The notes under the pieces were generated by a model. That model had not been told where the DNA came from. It was given only the letters and a program-made list of their open reading frames with translations, and did not search any database. Shown piece by piece: positions 20,016 to 30,127 of a DNA stretch of 64,000 nucleotides (position 1 is its first letter; each line of letters opens with the position of its first letter). Source of the DNA: an uncultured Acidimicrobiia bacterium. GTDB taxonomy: Bacteria; Actinomycetota; Acidimicrobiia; Spongiisociales; JAOTWH01. A program made the translations under genes and the position numbers. The stretch is taken from the NCBI GenBank assembly GCA_964347285.1, contig CAYFYE010000003.1:3518-67517 (forward strand). The letters are read 5' to 3'.

Positions 20016-21149
20016 ATGACCGACGCTGCGATCGACGCTCCCCGCTCCACTCTCCGGCGCGTGCTTCAGGGGGTGATCTCGGTGACGCTGGTCGTGCTGT
20101 TGTTCGCCTGGGCGCTGCCCCGCATGGCCGACTACGCGGCCATCTGGGGAGCCATACGATCGATGAGCCTCGTCGGCATCGTCGCCCTGGCCGGAGCGGC
20201 CTTCGCCAACCTCCTCACCTACTGGTGGGTGCAGGTGGTGGTGCTGCCGGGTCTCACCTACCCCAAAGCCGCCGTGGCCCACCAGGCTTCAACGGCGTTG
20301 GCCCACGCCGTTCCCGGCGGCGGTGCCATCGCCGTCGGCCTCACGTATGCCATGTACTCGTCGTGGGGATTCGGGCCGGCAGCCATCGCCCGCTCGGTTC
20401 TGGTGTCGGGCCTGTGGAACAACCTGGCCAAATTCGCCTTTCCGGTGGTAGCTCTGGCCCTGCTCGCCTTCGGCGGCGGGGCCTCGGCGGCGCTGGTGGC
20501 CACCGCCGCATTCGGGCTGGCTTTGCTGGTCGGGACGCTGGTGACGCTGGGCCTGGCGCTGCGCAGCGACCGACTGATCCGGGCGCTGGGCCGGGCGGCT
20601 GCGGCCGTCGCGTCGGCACCTCGCCGGCTCGTGGGCAGGCCCCCGGTGGGAGGCTGGGAGGAGGGGGCGAGCCGCTTCCGAACCGATGCGGCCGGCATGC
20701 TGCACAGCCGGTGGATCGAGATCACCGTCGCCACCGTGGCCAGCCAAACCGCCATCTTCTTGGTGCTGCTGGCGGCGCTGCGGGCACTGGACGTGACCGG
20801 GAGCGAGGTCGGGTGGGTCGAAGCGTTCGCGGCGTTCTCGTTCGTACGGCTCGCCTCGGCGCTGCCGCTCACGCCCGGCGGCCTCGGCATCGTGGAACTG
20901 GGTCTGCTGGCCGCCTTGACCTCGGGCCTTGCCGAAACTGCAGCAGCCCAGGTCGCCGCGGCGGTACTGGTGTTTCGCTTCGTGACGTACGTCCTGCCGG
21001 TGGCCACCGGAGCCGTGGCCTATCTGGCCTGGCGGCGGGTGCCCGGACTTCGACCACAGGGACTAGTCACTACGGAAACTACTAATCGTGCACTGACGAA
21101 CACGAAGAGTTACGATAGAGTGACCCCTCAGGGCAAACAGAGGGAGTAA
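20016..21149 (+). CDS. polytopic membrane protein of the lysylphosphatidylglycerol-synthase-TM / flippase-like family (UPF0104-like)
   Basis: Eight to nine TM helices. The conserved C-terminal segment LPLTPGGLGIVELGLLAAL is typical of this family. Confidence 0.5.
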   Translation: MTDAAIDAPRSTLRRVLQGVISVTLVVLLFAWALPRMADYAAIWGAIRSMSLVGIVALAGAAFANLLTYWWVQVVVLPGLTYPKAAVAHQASTALAHAVPGGGAIAVGLTYAMYSSWGFGPAAIARSVLVSGLWNNLAKFAFPVVALALLAFGGGASAALVATAAFGLALLVGTLVTLGLALRSDRLIRALGRAAAAVASAPRRLVGRPPVGGWEEGASRFRTDAAGMLHSRWIEITVATVASQTAIFLVLLAALRALDVTGSEVGWVEAFAAFSFVRLASALPLTPGGLGIVELGLLAALTSGLAETAAAQVAAAVLVFRFVTYVLPVATGAVAYLAWRRVPGLRPQGLVTTETTNRALTNTKSYDRVTPQGKQRE

Positions 21150-21153
21150 GGGC

Positions 21154-23001
21154 ATGGCCATCGATGTCACGGCGACTCGGGAACGGCAACGGCGCAGGCG
21201 TCTTCTTCGAATAGCCGTCTTCCTCGTCCCGCTGGCCGCCTGGCTGTGGTACCGGGCTCTCACCAACAACCCGGTCTCCCCCGGGCTGCCCGAGTTGCCA
21301 TCCGAGGCCTGGATCTGGCTGCCGGGCATCCTGATCGTCCTGCTGCTCGGCATCGTCCTGGTGGCTCCGATGCTGGGCAATGCCCGTTCCCCGCACACCA
21401 TCTTCCTGCCTGAGCAGATCGAGGTGACCTTCTCCGACGTCAAGGGGCTGGGACCGGTGGTCGCCGAGGTGCGCCACACCCTCGAGGTCTTCTTGAACCA
21501 CAAGCGCTTCCAGCGAGACATGGGCGGCACACCGCGTCGCGGGGTGCTCTTCGAAGGGCCGCCGGGCACCGGTAAGACCCATGTGGCCCGGGCCATGGCC
21601 AAGGAGGCGGGGGTGCCCTTCCTGTTCGTATCGGCGACCTCGTTCCAGAGCATGTGGTACGGCATGACGGCCCGCAAGATCCGCGGCTTCTTCCGGCACT
21701 TGCGCAAGGTGGCCCGTGCCGAGGGCGGGGCCATCGGGTTCATAGAGGAGTTTGATGCCATCGGAATGCGCCGGGGAGGCATTTCGACGGCCACCGCAAT
21801 GGCCACTGGGGTCCCGGGCGGCCTGGTGATATCGCCGGCCATCTCCGAGGGCGTCGGCGGCGTCGTCAACGAGCTCCTGGTGCAGATGCAGAGCTTCGAC
21901 GAAAGCCCTCTTCCGACCCGCTTCGCCAATTGGTGGAAGCGCCGGCTGAACCGGTACTTGCCGCCCGGCCGGCAGCTCAAGACCGCGGCACCGCCGTTCT
22001 CCAACATCCTCCTCATCGGTGCCACCAACCGGGCCGACTCCCTCGACCCGGCGCTGCTCCGGCCGGGCCGCTTCGACCGCATCCTCCACTTCGACGTCCC
22101 CGGGCGAAGCCAGCGGCGAGAGCTGGTGGACTACTTCTTGTCACGCAAGCGGCACGCTCCCGAGCTCGACAACGACGCCTCGCGCGACGAGCTGGCGGCG
22201 ATGACGATGGGCTACACCCCGGCCTCCTTGGAGCGCCTGTTCGACGAAGCCCTGCTGGTGGCCTTGCGCCAGGACCGCCAAGCGCTGACGATGGCCGACA
22301 TGCGCCGGGCCCGCATGGAAGTGGAGATCGGCCTGCCTCAGCCGGTGGACTACTCCCAACAGGAGCGGGAGACCATCGCCGTCCACGAGGCCGGCCACGC
22401 CGTGATGGCCTACCTGGTCGGCAAGGGGCGCAAGCTCGAGGTGCTCTCGATCATCAAGCGACGCGAAGCTCTCGGCTTGCTGGCCCACAGCGAAGAGGAA
22501 GAGCGCTTCACCCGCCGCCACGGCGAGATGCGGGCCCTCATCCAGATCGCCATGGGGGGAATGGTGGCCGAGGAGCTGTATTTCGCCGAGTCGGGAACCG
22601 GGCCGGCCGGCGATTTGGCCGCGGCGACCAACGTGGCGGTGGACATGGTCGGATCATTCGGGCTGGGCGGTTCGCTGATCAGCTACCAGGCGCTCGACTC
22701 GGGACTGGTCGGGGGCAACCTGGCTTCCAAGGTACTCAACGACCAAGAGGGCCGCCACCGGGTGGAGAAGATCCTCGAGGACAACAAGGCCGAGGCCCGC
22801 CGGGTGCTCTCCCGCCACCGCTACCTCGTGGAGGCGCTGCGGGATGCTCTGCTGGAACGGGAAGAGCTCGTGGACGATGAGATCCTCAAGGTGATCCGCA
22901 CCGCCGAGATGAAGGCGATCGCCGACGGCGATGTAACGGTCGACCTCCGCCGGGTTGATCCCGACCTCGTCGAAAGCCCGATCGAGCTGGTGGAGGAGTA
23001 G
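21154..23001 (+). CDS. FtsH-family AAA+ ATPase / M41 zinc metalloprotease paralog
   Basis: Two N-terminal TMs, Walker A GPPGTGKT, SRH region GATNRADSLDPALLRPGRFDR and zinc site HEAGHAV. Diverges from canonical FtsH in Walker B and inserts. Confidence 0.8.
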   Translation: MAIDVTATRERQRRRRLLRIAVFLVPLAAWLWYRALTNNPVSPGLPELPSEAWIWLPGILIVLLLGIVLVAPMLGNARSPHTIFLPEQIEVTFSDVKGLGPVVAEVRHTLEVFLNHKRFQRDMGGTPRRGVLFEGPPGTGKTHVARAMAKEAGVPFLFVSATSFQSMWYGMTARKIRGFFRHLRKVARAEGGAIGFIEEFDAIGMRRGGISTATAMATGVPGGLVISPAISEGVGGVVNELLVQMQSFDESPLPTRFANWWKRRLNRYLPPGRQLKTAAPPFSNILLIGATNRADSLDPALLRPGRFDRILHFDVPGRSQRRELVDYFLSRKRHAPELDNDASRDELAAMTMGYTPASLERLFDEALLVALRQDRQALTMADMRRARMEVEIGLPQPVDYSQQERETIAVHEAGHAVMAYLVGKGRKLEVLSIIKRREALGLLAHSEEEERFTRRHGEMRALIQIAMGGMVAEELYFAESGTGPAGDLAAATNVAVDMVGSFGLGGSLISYQALDSGLVGGNLASKVLNDQEGRHRVEKILEDNKAEARRVLSRHRYLVEALRDALLEREELVDDEILKVIRTAEMKAIADGDVTVDLRRVDPDLVESPIELVEE

Positions 23002-23026
23002 TCGGCCCCCACCCACGGCGGGCGGC

Positions 23027-24280
23027 TTACGTGCCCTGCTGCCAGCTGCTCAGGTAGCGGCGCTGCTCGTCGGTGAGTTCAGCCAGCTTCATTCCCATCG
23101 ACTCAAGCTTCAGGGCCGCCACCCGCTGATCGATCTCGTCGGGCAGTCGGTACACCTGGGCGTCGAGCTGCCCGGAGTTGTCGAGCACCCACCGGACCGC
23201 CATTGCTTGGTTGGCAAACGACATATCCATCACGTCGGCCGGGTGGCCCTCGGCGGCACTGAGGTTGACGAGTCTGCCCTCGGCGGCCAGCAGCAGGCGG
23301 CGCCCGTCGGCCAGCGTGTATTCGTCTAGGTGGTCGCGCAGGCGCCGGCGCTCGGAGGCCATCTTCCCGAGTGCCGGAACGTCGATCTCGACGTCGAAGT
23401 GGCCGGCGTTGGTCAGCAGCGCACCATCCTTCATCATCCCGAAGTGCTCCTCGGCGAGAACATGGATGTTGCCGGTGACGGTGATGAACACATCGCCCGC
23501 TGCGGCAGCCGCCATGTCGTCGAGGACCCGATGTCCGTCCATAGCAGCGCCGAGGGCCCGGATCGGGTCGACCTCGACCACCACCACGTTGGCCCCGAGG
23601 CCGGCCGCCCGGGCCGCCACCCCCCGGCCGCAGTCGCCGTAGCCGATCACCACCACGGTCTTGCCGGCAAACAGCAGGTTGGTGGTCCGCAGAATCCCGT
23701 CGAGTGCCGACTGCCCGGTGCCGTGCCGGTTGTCGAAGAGGTGTTTGGTGGCCGAGTCGTTGACCGCCACCACCGGAAACCGGAGCACGCCGTCGTCGGC
23801 CATAGCCCGGAGGCGGATGACCCCGGTGGTGGTCTCCTCGGTCGAGCCAACGACCTCCTGGGTGGCGCGTTCCTTGTGAAGGACCGTTACCAGGTCGGCG
23901 CCGTCGTCCATCGTGACCTCGGGCCCGAAGTCGAGCACGGAATGGATGTGGCGGTAGTACGTCTCAGAGTCCTCGCCGCGAACCGCGAACACCGGGATCC
24001 CTGCCGCCACCAGCGCCGCGGCCACGTCGTCCTGAGTGGACAGGGGGTTCGAGGCGCACAGCGCGACATTCGCCCCGGCGTCGCGCAGCGTCAACATGAG
24101 ATTGGCCGATTCGGAGGTCACGTGGAGACAGGCCCCGATCGTCCGGCCCTCGAGTGGCCGCTCTGCAACGGCACCGGCCCGGATCGATCCGAGTACCGGC
24201 ATCCGCCGGGCGGCCCACTCGATCCGGAGACTCCCCTCATCGGCCAGCGATGGATCCTTGATGTCGTAGTCCACGGTCAT
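23027..24280 (-). CDS. ahcY: adenosylhomocysteinase
   Basis: NAD-binding GYGDCGRG, plus conserved blocks HLFDNRHGTGQS and VNDSATK. The ATG at 24280 (MTVDYDIKDPSLA) was chosen; the track ORF is over-extended. Confidence 0.9.
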   Translation of the reverse strand: MTVDYDIKDPSLADEGSLRIEWAARRMPVLGSIRAGAVAERPLEGRTIGACLHVTSESANLMLTLRDAGANVALCASNPLSTQDDVAAALVAAGIPVFAVRGEDSETYYRHIHSVLDFGPEVTMDDGADLVTVLHKERATQEVVGSTEETTTGVIRLRAMADDGVLRFPVVAVNDSATKHLFDNRHGTGQSALDGILRTTNLLFAGKTVVVIGYGDCGRGVAARAAGLGANVVVVEVDPIRALGAAMDGHRVLDDMAAAAAGDVFITVTGNIHVLAEEHFGMMKDGALLTNAGHFDVEIDVPALGKMASERRRLRDHLDEYTLADGRRLLLAAEGRLVNLSAAEGHPADVMDMSFANQAMAVRWVLDNSGQLDAQVYRLPDEIDQRVAALKLESMGMKLAELTDEQRRYLSSWQQGT

Positions 24281-25251
24281 GCCTCCTGAAGTCGCAGCTT
24301 GAGTTCCTCGATGGTCGCCACCGGTACGGGATCGATCCCGGCCCGCTCGGCCAGGGTCAACGAGAGAGCGTCGCCCACCACGATCAGACTGAAGAGCCGG
24401 GCCAGGAGCCCGTTGCCGAAAGCACGGACTTCCCCGGCCACCGTGATCCGGGGGGCGATCAGCTCCCTGGTCAGCTCCATGCGCAGGCGGACCCGAGGAT
24501 GGTCGGCAGGGTCTCGCAACAGCACGACGGCGTAAGGCCGGACCTTCTCCCCCGACTGGCTCCAACCCATGATCTCGTTGTGATCGAGCTCGGGCAACTC
24601 CGACCAGAATGCCGGCCGTTTGGCGTTCTCGTTGATCTGGGTCTTCCAGCGCCTGGCTGCCACCGCCGACGGACCGCTGCCGCCGTAGATCACCGCTACC
24701 TTGCCGTCGAGTCGGTCGGCGATGGCCTCGGCTTGCTTCCAGGCCTCTCCGCCGGTGAGCAAGGACTCGACGACGGTGGCCGCCTCTTCCAGTTCCTCGA
24801 CCTGCGAGGGGATGAGGCCGGCGCCCTCGATGACCCGCAACGCTCCGCCCGCCAGGTAGCCGAGGGCGGCCCGAGGCTGGAGTCCTGCGGGGACGGCCAC
24901 ATGCGGCCAGCCATTGTCGGCGGCCAGGTCGACGAGACGGCCCCCCGACGCCACCACCGCGACGGTCAGCCCCCGAACCATGGCGGCCTCCACCGAGGAC
25001 AGCGTCTCTTCGGTGTTCCCCGAGTACGACACCGCCACTACGAGGCCGTCCTTGGCCCAGGGCGGCAGTCCGTAGCCGCGATGCACCGGAACCGGGTGGT
25101 GGACGGCGGTCAGCGAGGCGACGTCACAGGCCATCGCCGAGCCGCCCATCCCGGTGAGAAGAGCGGCCGGCGCCGACACAGAGGGCTGGGCTTGCCCGGC
25201 CGCCCAGCGCAGCTGGCCGGGCAAGCCCAGGATCTGATCCCTCATGGTCAT
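24277..25251 (-). CDS. SIS-domain bifunctional phosphoglucose/phosphomannose isomerase
   Basis: About 325 aa with two SIS-like halves, sitting between ahcY and manB as in mycobacterial manA-region synteny. Start taken at MTMRDQ. Confidence 0.6.
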   Translation of the reverse strand: MTMRDQILGLPGQLRWAAGQAQPSVSAPAALLTGMGGSAMACDVASLTAVHHPVPVHRGYGLPPWAKDGLVVAVSYSGNTEETLSSVEAAMVRGLTVAVVASGGRLVDLAADNGWPHVAVPAGLQPRAALGYLAGGALRVIEGAGLIPSQVEELEEAATVVESLLTGGEAWKQAEAIADRLDGKVAVIYGGSGPSAVAARRWKTQINENAKRPAFWSELPELDHNEIMGWSQSGEKVRPYAVVLLRDPADHPRVRLRMELTRELIAPRITVAGEVRAFGNGLLARLFSLIVVGDALSLTLAERAGIDPVPVATIEELKLRLQEA

Positions 25252-25428
25252 TCGGAGTCGGCCTCGATAGATCCCTCGTCGGGCAACATGACCGGCACTC
25301 CGTCCCGCACCGGATAGCGCCTCCCGCACTCGGAGCACACCAACTCATGGGGATCGAGGTGCTCGGTGACCTCCCCCCGGCACATCGGACATATCAGCAG
25401 CTCGAGCAGCTCGGGCGGCAGTCCGGTC
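25248..25428 (-). CDS. Trm112-like small zinc-finger protein (DUF343 family)
   Basis: LLELLICPMCRGEV...LVCSECGRRYPVRDGVPVML. GTG start overlaps the manB stop (GTGA) and its stop overlaps the isomerase ATG (ATGA). Confidence 0.6.
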
Positions 25429-26764
25429 ACGTTGCCCCCGCCAGTTGGGAGACCCGGGCCACGATGTCGTCGACCGTGGCCTGATCCTGGGCCTCGACGT
25501 TGAGTCTCAGCAGCGGCTCGGTGTTGGAGGGACGAAGGTTGAACCAACGGTCCGGCCACGACACCGTGACTCCGTCCATCCACTCCGCCTCGGCGTCGCC
25601 GAATGCTTCGGCCGCGTTCCTCATCACCGCCTGCTGATCGTCGACGGTCAGGTTCACCTCGCCCGACTGGACGTACGGCTCGTAGGCGCGGCGAAGCTCC
25701 GACAGAGGCTGCTCCGCCTCGGAGAGAACCCGAAGCAGGATCAGCATCGCCAAGATGCCCGAGTCGGCCCGGAAGTTGTCACGGAAGTAGTAGTGGCCGG
25801 AGTGCTCGCCGCCGAATACGGCACCGGTTTCGGCCATCACCTGTTTGATGAAGCTGTGACCCACCCGAGTGCGAACCGGGGTCCCGCCCAGGCGGACGAC
25901 GAGCTCGGGCACGGCCCGACTGGTGATGAGGTTGTGCACCACGGTGGCACCCGGCTCCCGCTCGAGGAACCACCCGGCCACGATGGCAGTGGTCGTGCTG
26001 CCCGACAGCGGCCGGCGCCGGTCGTCGACGAAGAACGCCCGGTCGGCGTCGCCGTCGAAAGCCACACCCAGATCGGCCCCGGTGGCCTCCATCCGATCGA
26101 TGAGATCGCGCAGGTTCTCGGGTTGGATGGGGTCGGCGGGGTGGTTGGGGAACGTCCCGTCGGGGTCGAGGTAAAGCCCATCGAGGTGCGGGGCGATCCG
26201 CTCGAAGATCTGCGGGACCACCATCCCGGCCATTCCGTTCCCGCCGTCGACGGCGACCCGGAGCGGGGCCAGCCCCTCGGGATGCACGATCCCGAGCATG
26301 TGGTCGATGTAGGCGGCCCGGAAGTCGTGCTCGCTGCGCTCGCCTCGTCGGTCGGCCGGCTCGAGGCCCGCCTCGGCAGCGATTCGGATCTCCTCCAGCC
26401 CGGTGTCGGCTCCCACCGGTCTGGCGCCGGAGAGACACAGTTTGATCCCGTTCCAGTCGGGCGGGTTGTGCGAGGCGGTGATCATGGCCCCCGGCATCTC
26501 CTCGGCGCCGGCCACGTAATAGACCATATCGGTCGTGATCTGGCCGATGTCCCAAACATCGATGCCGGCATCGCGAATCCCCTCGCCGAACGCGCCGGCG
26601 ATCTCCGGAGAGCTGAGCCGACAGTCGCGGCCCACGGCGATGCGCTCCGCACCTGAAAACCGGGCAAAGGCGTTGCCGATGCGCCGGGCCGCATCCGCGT
26701 CGAGGTCGTCCGGTGAACGACCGCGGATGTCGTAGGCCTTGAAGATCGGAGTCAGGTCGGCCAC
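25427..26764 (-). CDS. manB: phosphomannomutase/phosphoglucomutase
   Basis: Active-site TASHNPPDWNGIKL, with metal-binding and sugar-binding loops. 445 aa. Confidence 0.85.
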   Translation of the reverse strand: MADLTPIFKAYDIRGRSPDDLDADAARRIGNAFARFSGAERIAVGRDCRLSSPEIAGAFGEGIRDAGIDVWDIGQITTDMVYYVAGAEEMPGAMITASHNPPDWNGIKLCLSGARPVGADTGLEEIRIAAEAGLEPADRRGERSEHDFRAAYIDHMLGIVHPEGLAPLRVAVDGGNGMAGMVVPQIFERIAPHLDGLYLDPDGTFPNHPADPIQPENLRDLIDRMEATGADLGVAFDGDADRAFFVDDRRRPLSGSTTTAIVAGWFLEREPGATVVHNLITSRAVPELVVRLGGTPVRTRVGHSFIKQVMAETGAVFGGEHSGHYYFRDNFRADSGILAMLILLRVLSEAEQPLSELRRAYEPYVQSGEVNLTVDDQQAVMRNAAEAFGDAEAEWMDGVTVSWPDRWFNLRPSNTEPLLRLNVEAQDQATVDDIVARVSQLAGAT

Positions 26765-26843
26765 GGGGCCTCCCTCGCGCTGGGATCAGTGATTCTATGG
26801 CAAGGAGGCAGGTGCCATCGAGGCCAACCTAGACTCGCCGGCA

Positions 26844-27581
26844 ATGGCTCGCTCCCCGGAGCCGCCCCGCATCTCGGTGGTGATACCCATCCACAACGAG
26901 GCGGCCTTTCTCCTCGATGCCCTCGAGCGCCTCTTCGTCGAGTTGGAGGAGGTGGCCGCCGACGTAGACGTGTGCTTGGCGGAGAACGGTTCCACCGACG
27001 GCACCCCGGCCGTGGCCGCCGCGCTGGCCGACCGGCGCAGCGACGTGTCGTGGCTGCACCTCGATCTGGCCGACTACGGAGCCGCCATGCGGGCCGGCTT
27101 CATGGCCGCCCGGGGTGACTGGATCGTCAATTTCGACATCGACTACTTCTCCGGCGAGTTTCTCGAGGCCGTGCTCGCCTCTCCGGCCGACGTCGTCCTC
27201 GCCTCGAAGCGGGCCCCGAGCGCCACCGACCTTCGCTCGCCGGTGAGGCGCCTGGCCACCCGGGTGTTCAACCTGCTTCTCAGGATCATCTTCCGATCCC
27301 GGGTGAGCGACACCCATGGCATGAAAGGAGTGCGGCGGGAGGTGGTCGCCGTCATCGGTCCCCGGGTCCGTTCGACCAAGGACCTCTTCGATACCGAGCT
27401 GGTCATTCGGGCCGAGCGGGCCGGGTACCGGATCGCCGAGGTCCCGGCCCGGGTGGTCGAGCAACGGCAAGCCAAGTCGCGTCTCGTGTCCCGGGTGCCC
27501 CGCACGCTGGCCGGGTTGTTGCGATTGCGCTGGTGGCTGTGGCGTGAGGAGAAACGCCCCCCGGCGGAGGAAACCAGCTAG
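26844..27581 (+). CDS. GT2 family glycosyltransferase (polyprenyl-phosphate sugar synthase-like)
   Basis: N-terminal ISVVIPIHNEAAF, DxD-like region, 245 aa. Resembles Ppm1/DPM1-type enzymes. Confidence 0.7.
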   Translation: MARSPEPPRISVVIPIHNEAAFLLDALERLFVELEEVAADVDVCLAENGSTDGTPAVAAALADRRSDVSWLHLDLADYGAAMRAGFMAARGDWIVNFDIDYFSGEFLEAVLASPADVVLASKRAPSATDLRSPVRRLATRVFNLLLRIIFRSRVSDTHGMKGVRREVVAVIGPRVRSTKDLFDTELVIRAERAGYRIAEVPARVVEQRQAKSRLVSRVPRTLAGLLRLRWWLWREEKRPPAEETS

Positions 27582-29869
27582 GCGGCGAAGCGGCCCGGTC
27601 GCCGGAAACGCCGGTACAGCACCGGGTAGATGACCAGTAGCGCGATGCCCACACCGGTGAGGGCCATCCCCAGTATCTCGTCCCAGGTCCGCTCAAATAC
27701 GATCTCGACCTCCTCCTCGGTAGGGATCACCACCATCAACGAAGGGGCCGCCCGGTACGGGCCCTCGGCGCCGCGGGCCGTCCAATTGGGAAAGTGGGAC
27801 ACCTTGACGAGGTGGGGCACGCCCACCGCGGTTGTGCGGAACGTGATCCGGGATTCCTCCATCACGACGTCGCTCACGGTCCCCGCCGCTGCGATGGGGC
27901 GTCCCAGTCCGACGAGTGAGGCTTCGGCATTGGCGGTGCGGGGCCAGTCGTCGGGCCCGTCGGCCACCAACCAGTGGTCGAGCTCGTCCACCCGCTCGTA
28001 CCACGCCAGGGAGGCCCGGTAGAAGTCGGAGCCCTCGTACACGGCGGGCACGGTGGTAGCCACCTCGACGAGCGAGCTCTCCGGCAGCTCGAACACCGTC
28101 CACGGCTGGGATTCGGCCACGACCGGCAGTCCTCGGTCGACTGCTTCGGCGCGGGCCTCCTCGGTGAAGCTGATGTAGTAGCGAATGTTGTAGACCGGAA
28201 GGTGCTTGAGGGCCCGGTCGAAGTCGAGGTTGTGGTACCTGGCCGGCTCGATCGCGTCCGAGCCCACCGGGTTGGACGGTGCCTGCGACACCTCGGCGGC
28301 ATTGAGGAAGTGGAAAGGTGTCGTGATCGACGACTCGAAATACAGCCCCTCCATCGAGGCGTGGGTTCCCTCGGTCCAATAGGGAAAGAGCATCAGCGAC
28401 ATCGGGGTGCCGTAGCGGCCCATGTCCTTGTTGGCTTCCCAGAGAATGCGGCCCTCGGGCAGGTCGTCGACCGTCTCCATCAGTGCCTTGTATTCAAGCC
28501 AGGGTTCCTTGCCCTCGTACCCGGTGTAGTTCCACCGCACCCATCCGACTATCTCGGCGATACCCAGCAGTCCAGCGGCCAGGAAGAAGAAGGAGGTCAG
28601 TCCGACACCGGCGGCCAGAATCGCCTGGCGGCCGGACAGTCGTCGCAGCCAGGCGAGGACGACCACCCCCACTGCGGCGGCGATGAACAGGTAGGCGCCG
28701 GCCCACGGCGTGGACAGGTGGTCGTCCCGTACCAGCAGCACCGCCACGACCGCGTGCAGGCCCATCCAGGCGGCGCCCACCACGGTCAGGTAAACCCGGC
28801 CGGAGCGGCGAGCCAGAGTACTCACTGCCAGGCCGACGGCCACTCCGGCAAAGAGGTACATCGTGTAGTACCAGAAGGGCAGCAATCGGGCGTTGTAGAG
28901 CTTGGTGACGCCCAGGACCGGCAGCAACAGGTAGCCGGCCACCGGCAGGATGGCCAACCAGGTGGCCGCCACCACGTCCCGACCCCGCCACCATGACCAG
29001 CCCAGGCCGCCGAGACCGAGGACCACAATGGGGAGGAACTCACCCGGGAAGATCTTGTCGAAGCCCTTGACCGGGCTCCATCCCATGTCCGTCGTGAACG
29101 AGAATATCCGAGTCATCAGAGGCGCCGCCCAAAACCCGGCGATGGCAAACCCGAGCAGCCACGAACCGATCACTGTGGCCGGGCCCCGCCTCCTCAGTAG
29201 AAGGGGCAGCGAGACGATCACCACGACGAGGGCCACGATGATGTGGGAAAGGGCGGTGAGCGCCAGGAGCAGCCCGGCGAGCGGAGAGAAACCCCGACCG
29301 GCCCGAGTCTCCTTTATCACCTTCCCCAGGTACAGCATCCCCAGTGCAAAGGCCCACGAGAAAGTGAACTCACCGGCCATCGTCGCCTTCACGTTGGCGC
29401 CGAAAATGTTGTGGCTCTCCATGAACACATAGGTGCCGCCGGCCACTCCGGCCACGGTGGCCACCGCCCGGGTGAAGCCCATCGATCGGGCCAGGTAGTA
29501 GGAGGCAAGCGGCAGGGTGACGATGCCCGCCGAAGCCACCAGTTTGAAGGCCACCCCGTAAGGAAGCACGAAGTCCAGCAGCACGATGGTCAGGATGGGG
29601 AGCGGGAAGTAGAAATAGAGGGCCGGGAATCCGGCATACCAGTCGTTACTCCAGCCGAGCACTCTCCCCTGAGGCAGCAGGGTGTCTCGAACGAATGCCG
29701 GCAGGAAGACGTGCGCCCCCATATCGCCACCGGTAGGAGTGTTGGCGGCCAACATGAGGTCGGGCCGCATCACGATGAACAGCGCGACCACCGCCGTACC
29801 GACGGTCACGACCGCCACCGCTTTCGACGGAGATGGGGACCGCCGGAGCGCGGCGAACGACGCGGCCAT
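27578..29869 (-). CDS. large polytopic membrane protein with C-terminal extracytoplasmic domain (putative GT-C-type glycosyltransferase)
   Basis: 763 aa. About 13 N-terminal TM helices, then a roughly 330-aa soluble domain. It is convergent with the GT2 gene and the two share a palindromic CTAG double stop. The family assignment is inferred from architecture only. Confidence 0.45.
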   Translation of the reverse strand: MAASFAALRRSPSPSKAVAVVTVGTAVVALFIVMRPDLMLAANTPTGGDMGAHVFLPAFVRDTLLPQGRVLGWSNDWYAGFPALYFYFPLPILTIVLLDFVLPYGVAFKLVASAGIVTLPLASYYLARSMGFTRAVATVAGVAGGTYVFMESHNIFGANVKATMAGEFTFSWAFALGMLYLGKVIKETRAGRGFSPLAGLLLALTALSHIIVALVVVIVSLPLLLRRRGPATVIGSWLLGFAIAGFWAAPLMTRIFSFTTDMGWSPVKGFDKIFPGEFLPIVVLGLGGLGWSWWRGRDVVAATWLAILPVAGYLLLPVLGVTKLYNARLLPFWYYTMYLFAGVAVGLAVSTLARRSGRVYLTVVGAAWMGLHAVVAVLLVRDDHLSTPWAGAYLFIAAAVGVVVLAWLRRLSGRQAILAAGVGLTSFFFLAAGLLGIAEIVGWVRWNYTGYEGKEPWLEYKALMETVDDLPEGRILWEANKDMGRYGTPMSLMLFPYWTEGTHASMEGLYFESSITTPFHFLNAAEVSQAPSNPVGSDAIEPARYHNLDFDRALKHLPVYNIRYYISFTEEARAEAVDRGLPVVAESQPWTVFELPESSLVEVATTVPAVYEGSDFYRASLAWYERVDELDHWLVADGPDDWPRTANAEASLVGLGRPIAAAGTVSDVVMEESRITFRTTAVGVPHLVKVSHFPNWTARGAEGPYRAAPSLMVVIPTEEEVEIVFERTWDEILGMALTGVGIALLVIYPVLYRRFRRPGRFAA

Positions 29870-29905
29870 GGCAGGGGAGGGTAGCGGTGGAGGCCGGCTA
29901 GCTTA

Positions 29906-30127
29906 TCAACGCTTGCCTTTGCGGGCCAGCTTGAGGACCTGCTCGATGGCGAGCTCCTTCCCGCCCTGGTCCCACCAGCGGTTCTCGCAGTTGTCGCACG
30001 AGTTGAACAGCACCGCCGCGCCGTCGGGCAAGGCGAGCTCTATCTGAATCGTGTCGGTGGCCCCGCACTCGGAGCAGGTCGTCGGTGACGTGGGGGGGGA
30101 ATTCTTGCGTCCCATGCGGCGACTCAA
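29906..30127 (-). CDS. small zinc-ribbon protein (DUF3039-like)
   Basis: CSECG...CDNCENRWW: four Cys in ribbon spacing, 73 aa. Confidence 0.5.
   Translation of the reverse strand: MSRRMGRKNSPPTSPTTCSECGATDTIQIELALPDGAAVLFNSCDNCENRWWDQGGKELAIEQVLKLARKGKR

Noticed and set aside
21060-21153. Lower-GC stretch with short inverted repeat AGTCACT...AGTGAC upstream of the FtsH-like gene
   Set aside because: The repeat is only 6 bp and the spacing is not promoter-like. Probably just a promoter region with no specific claim possible.
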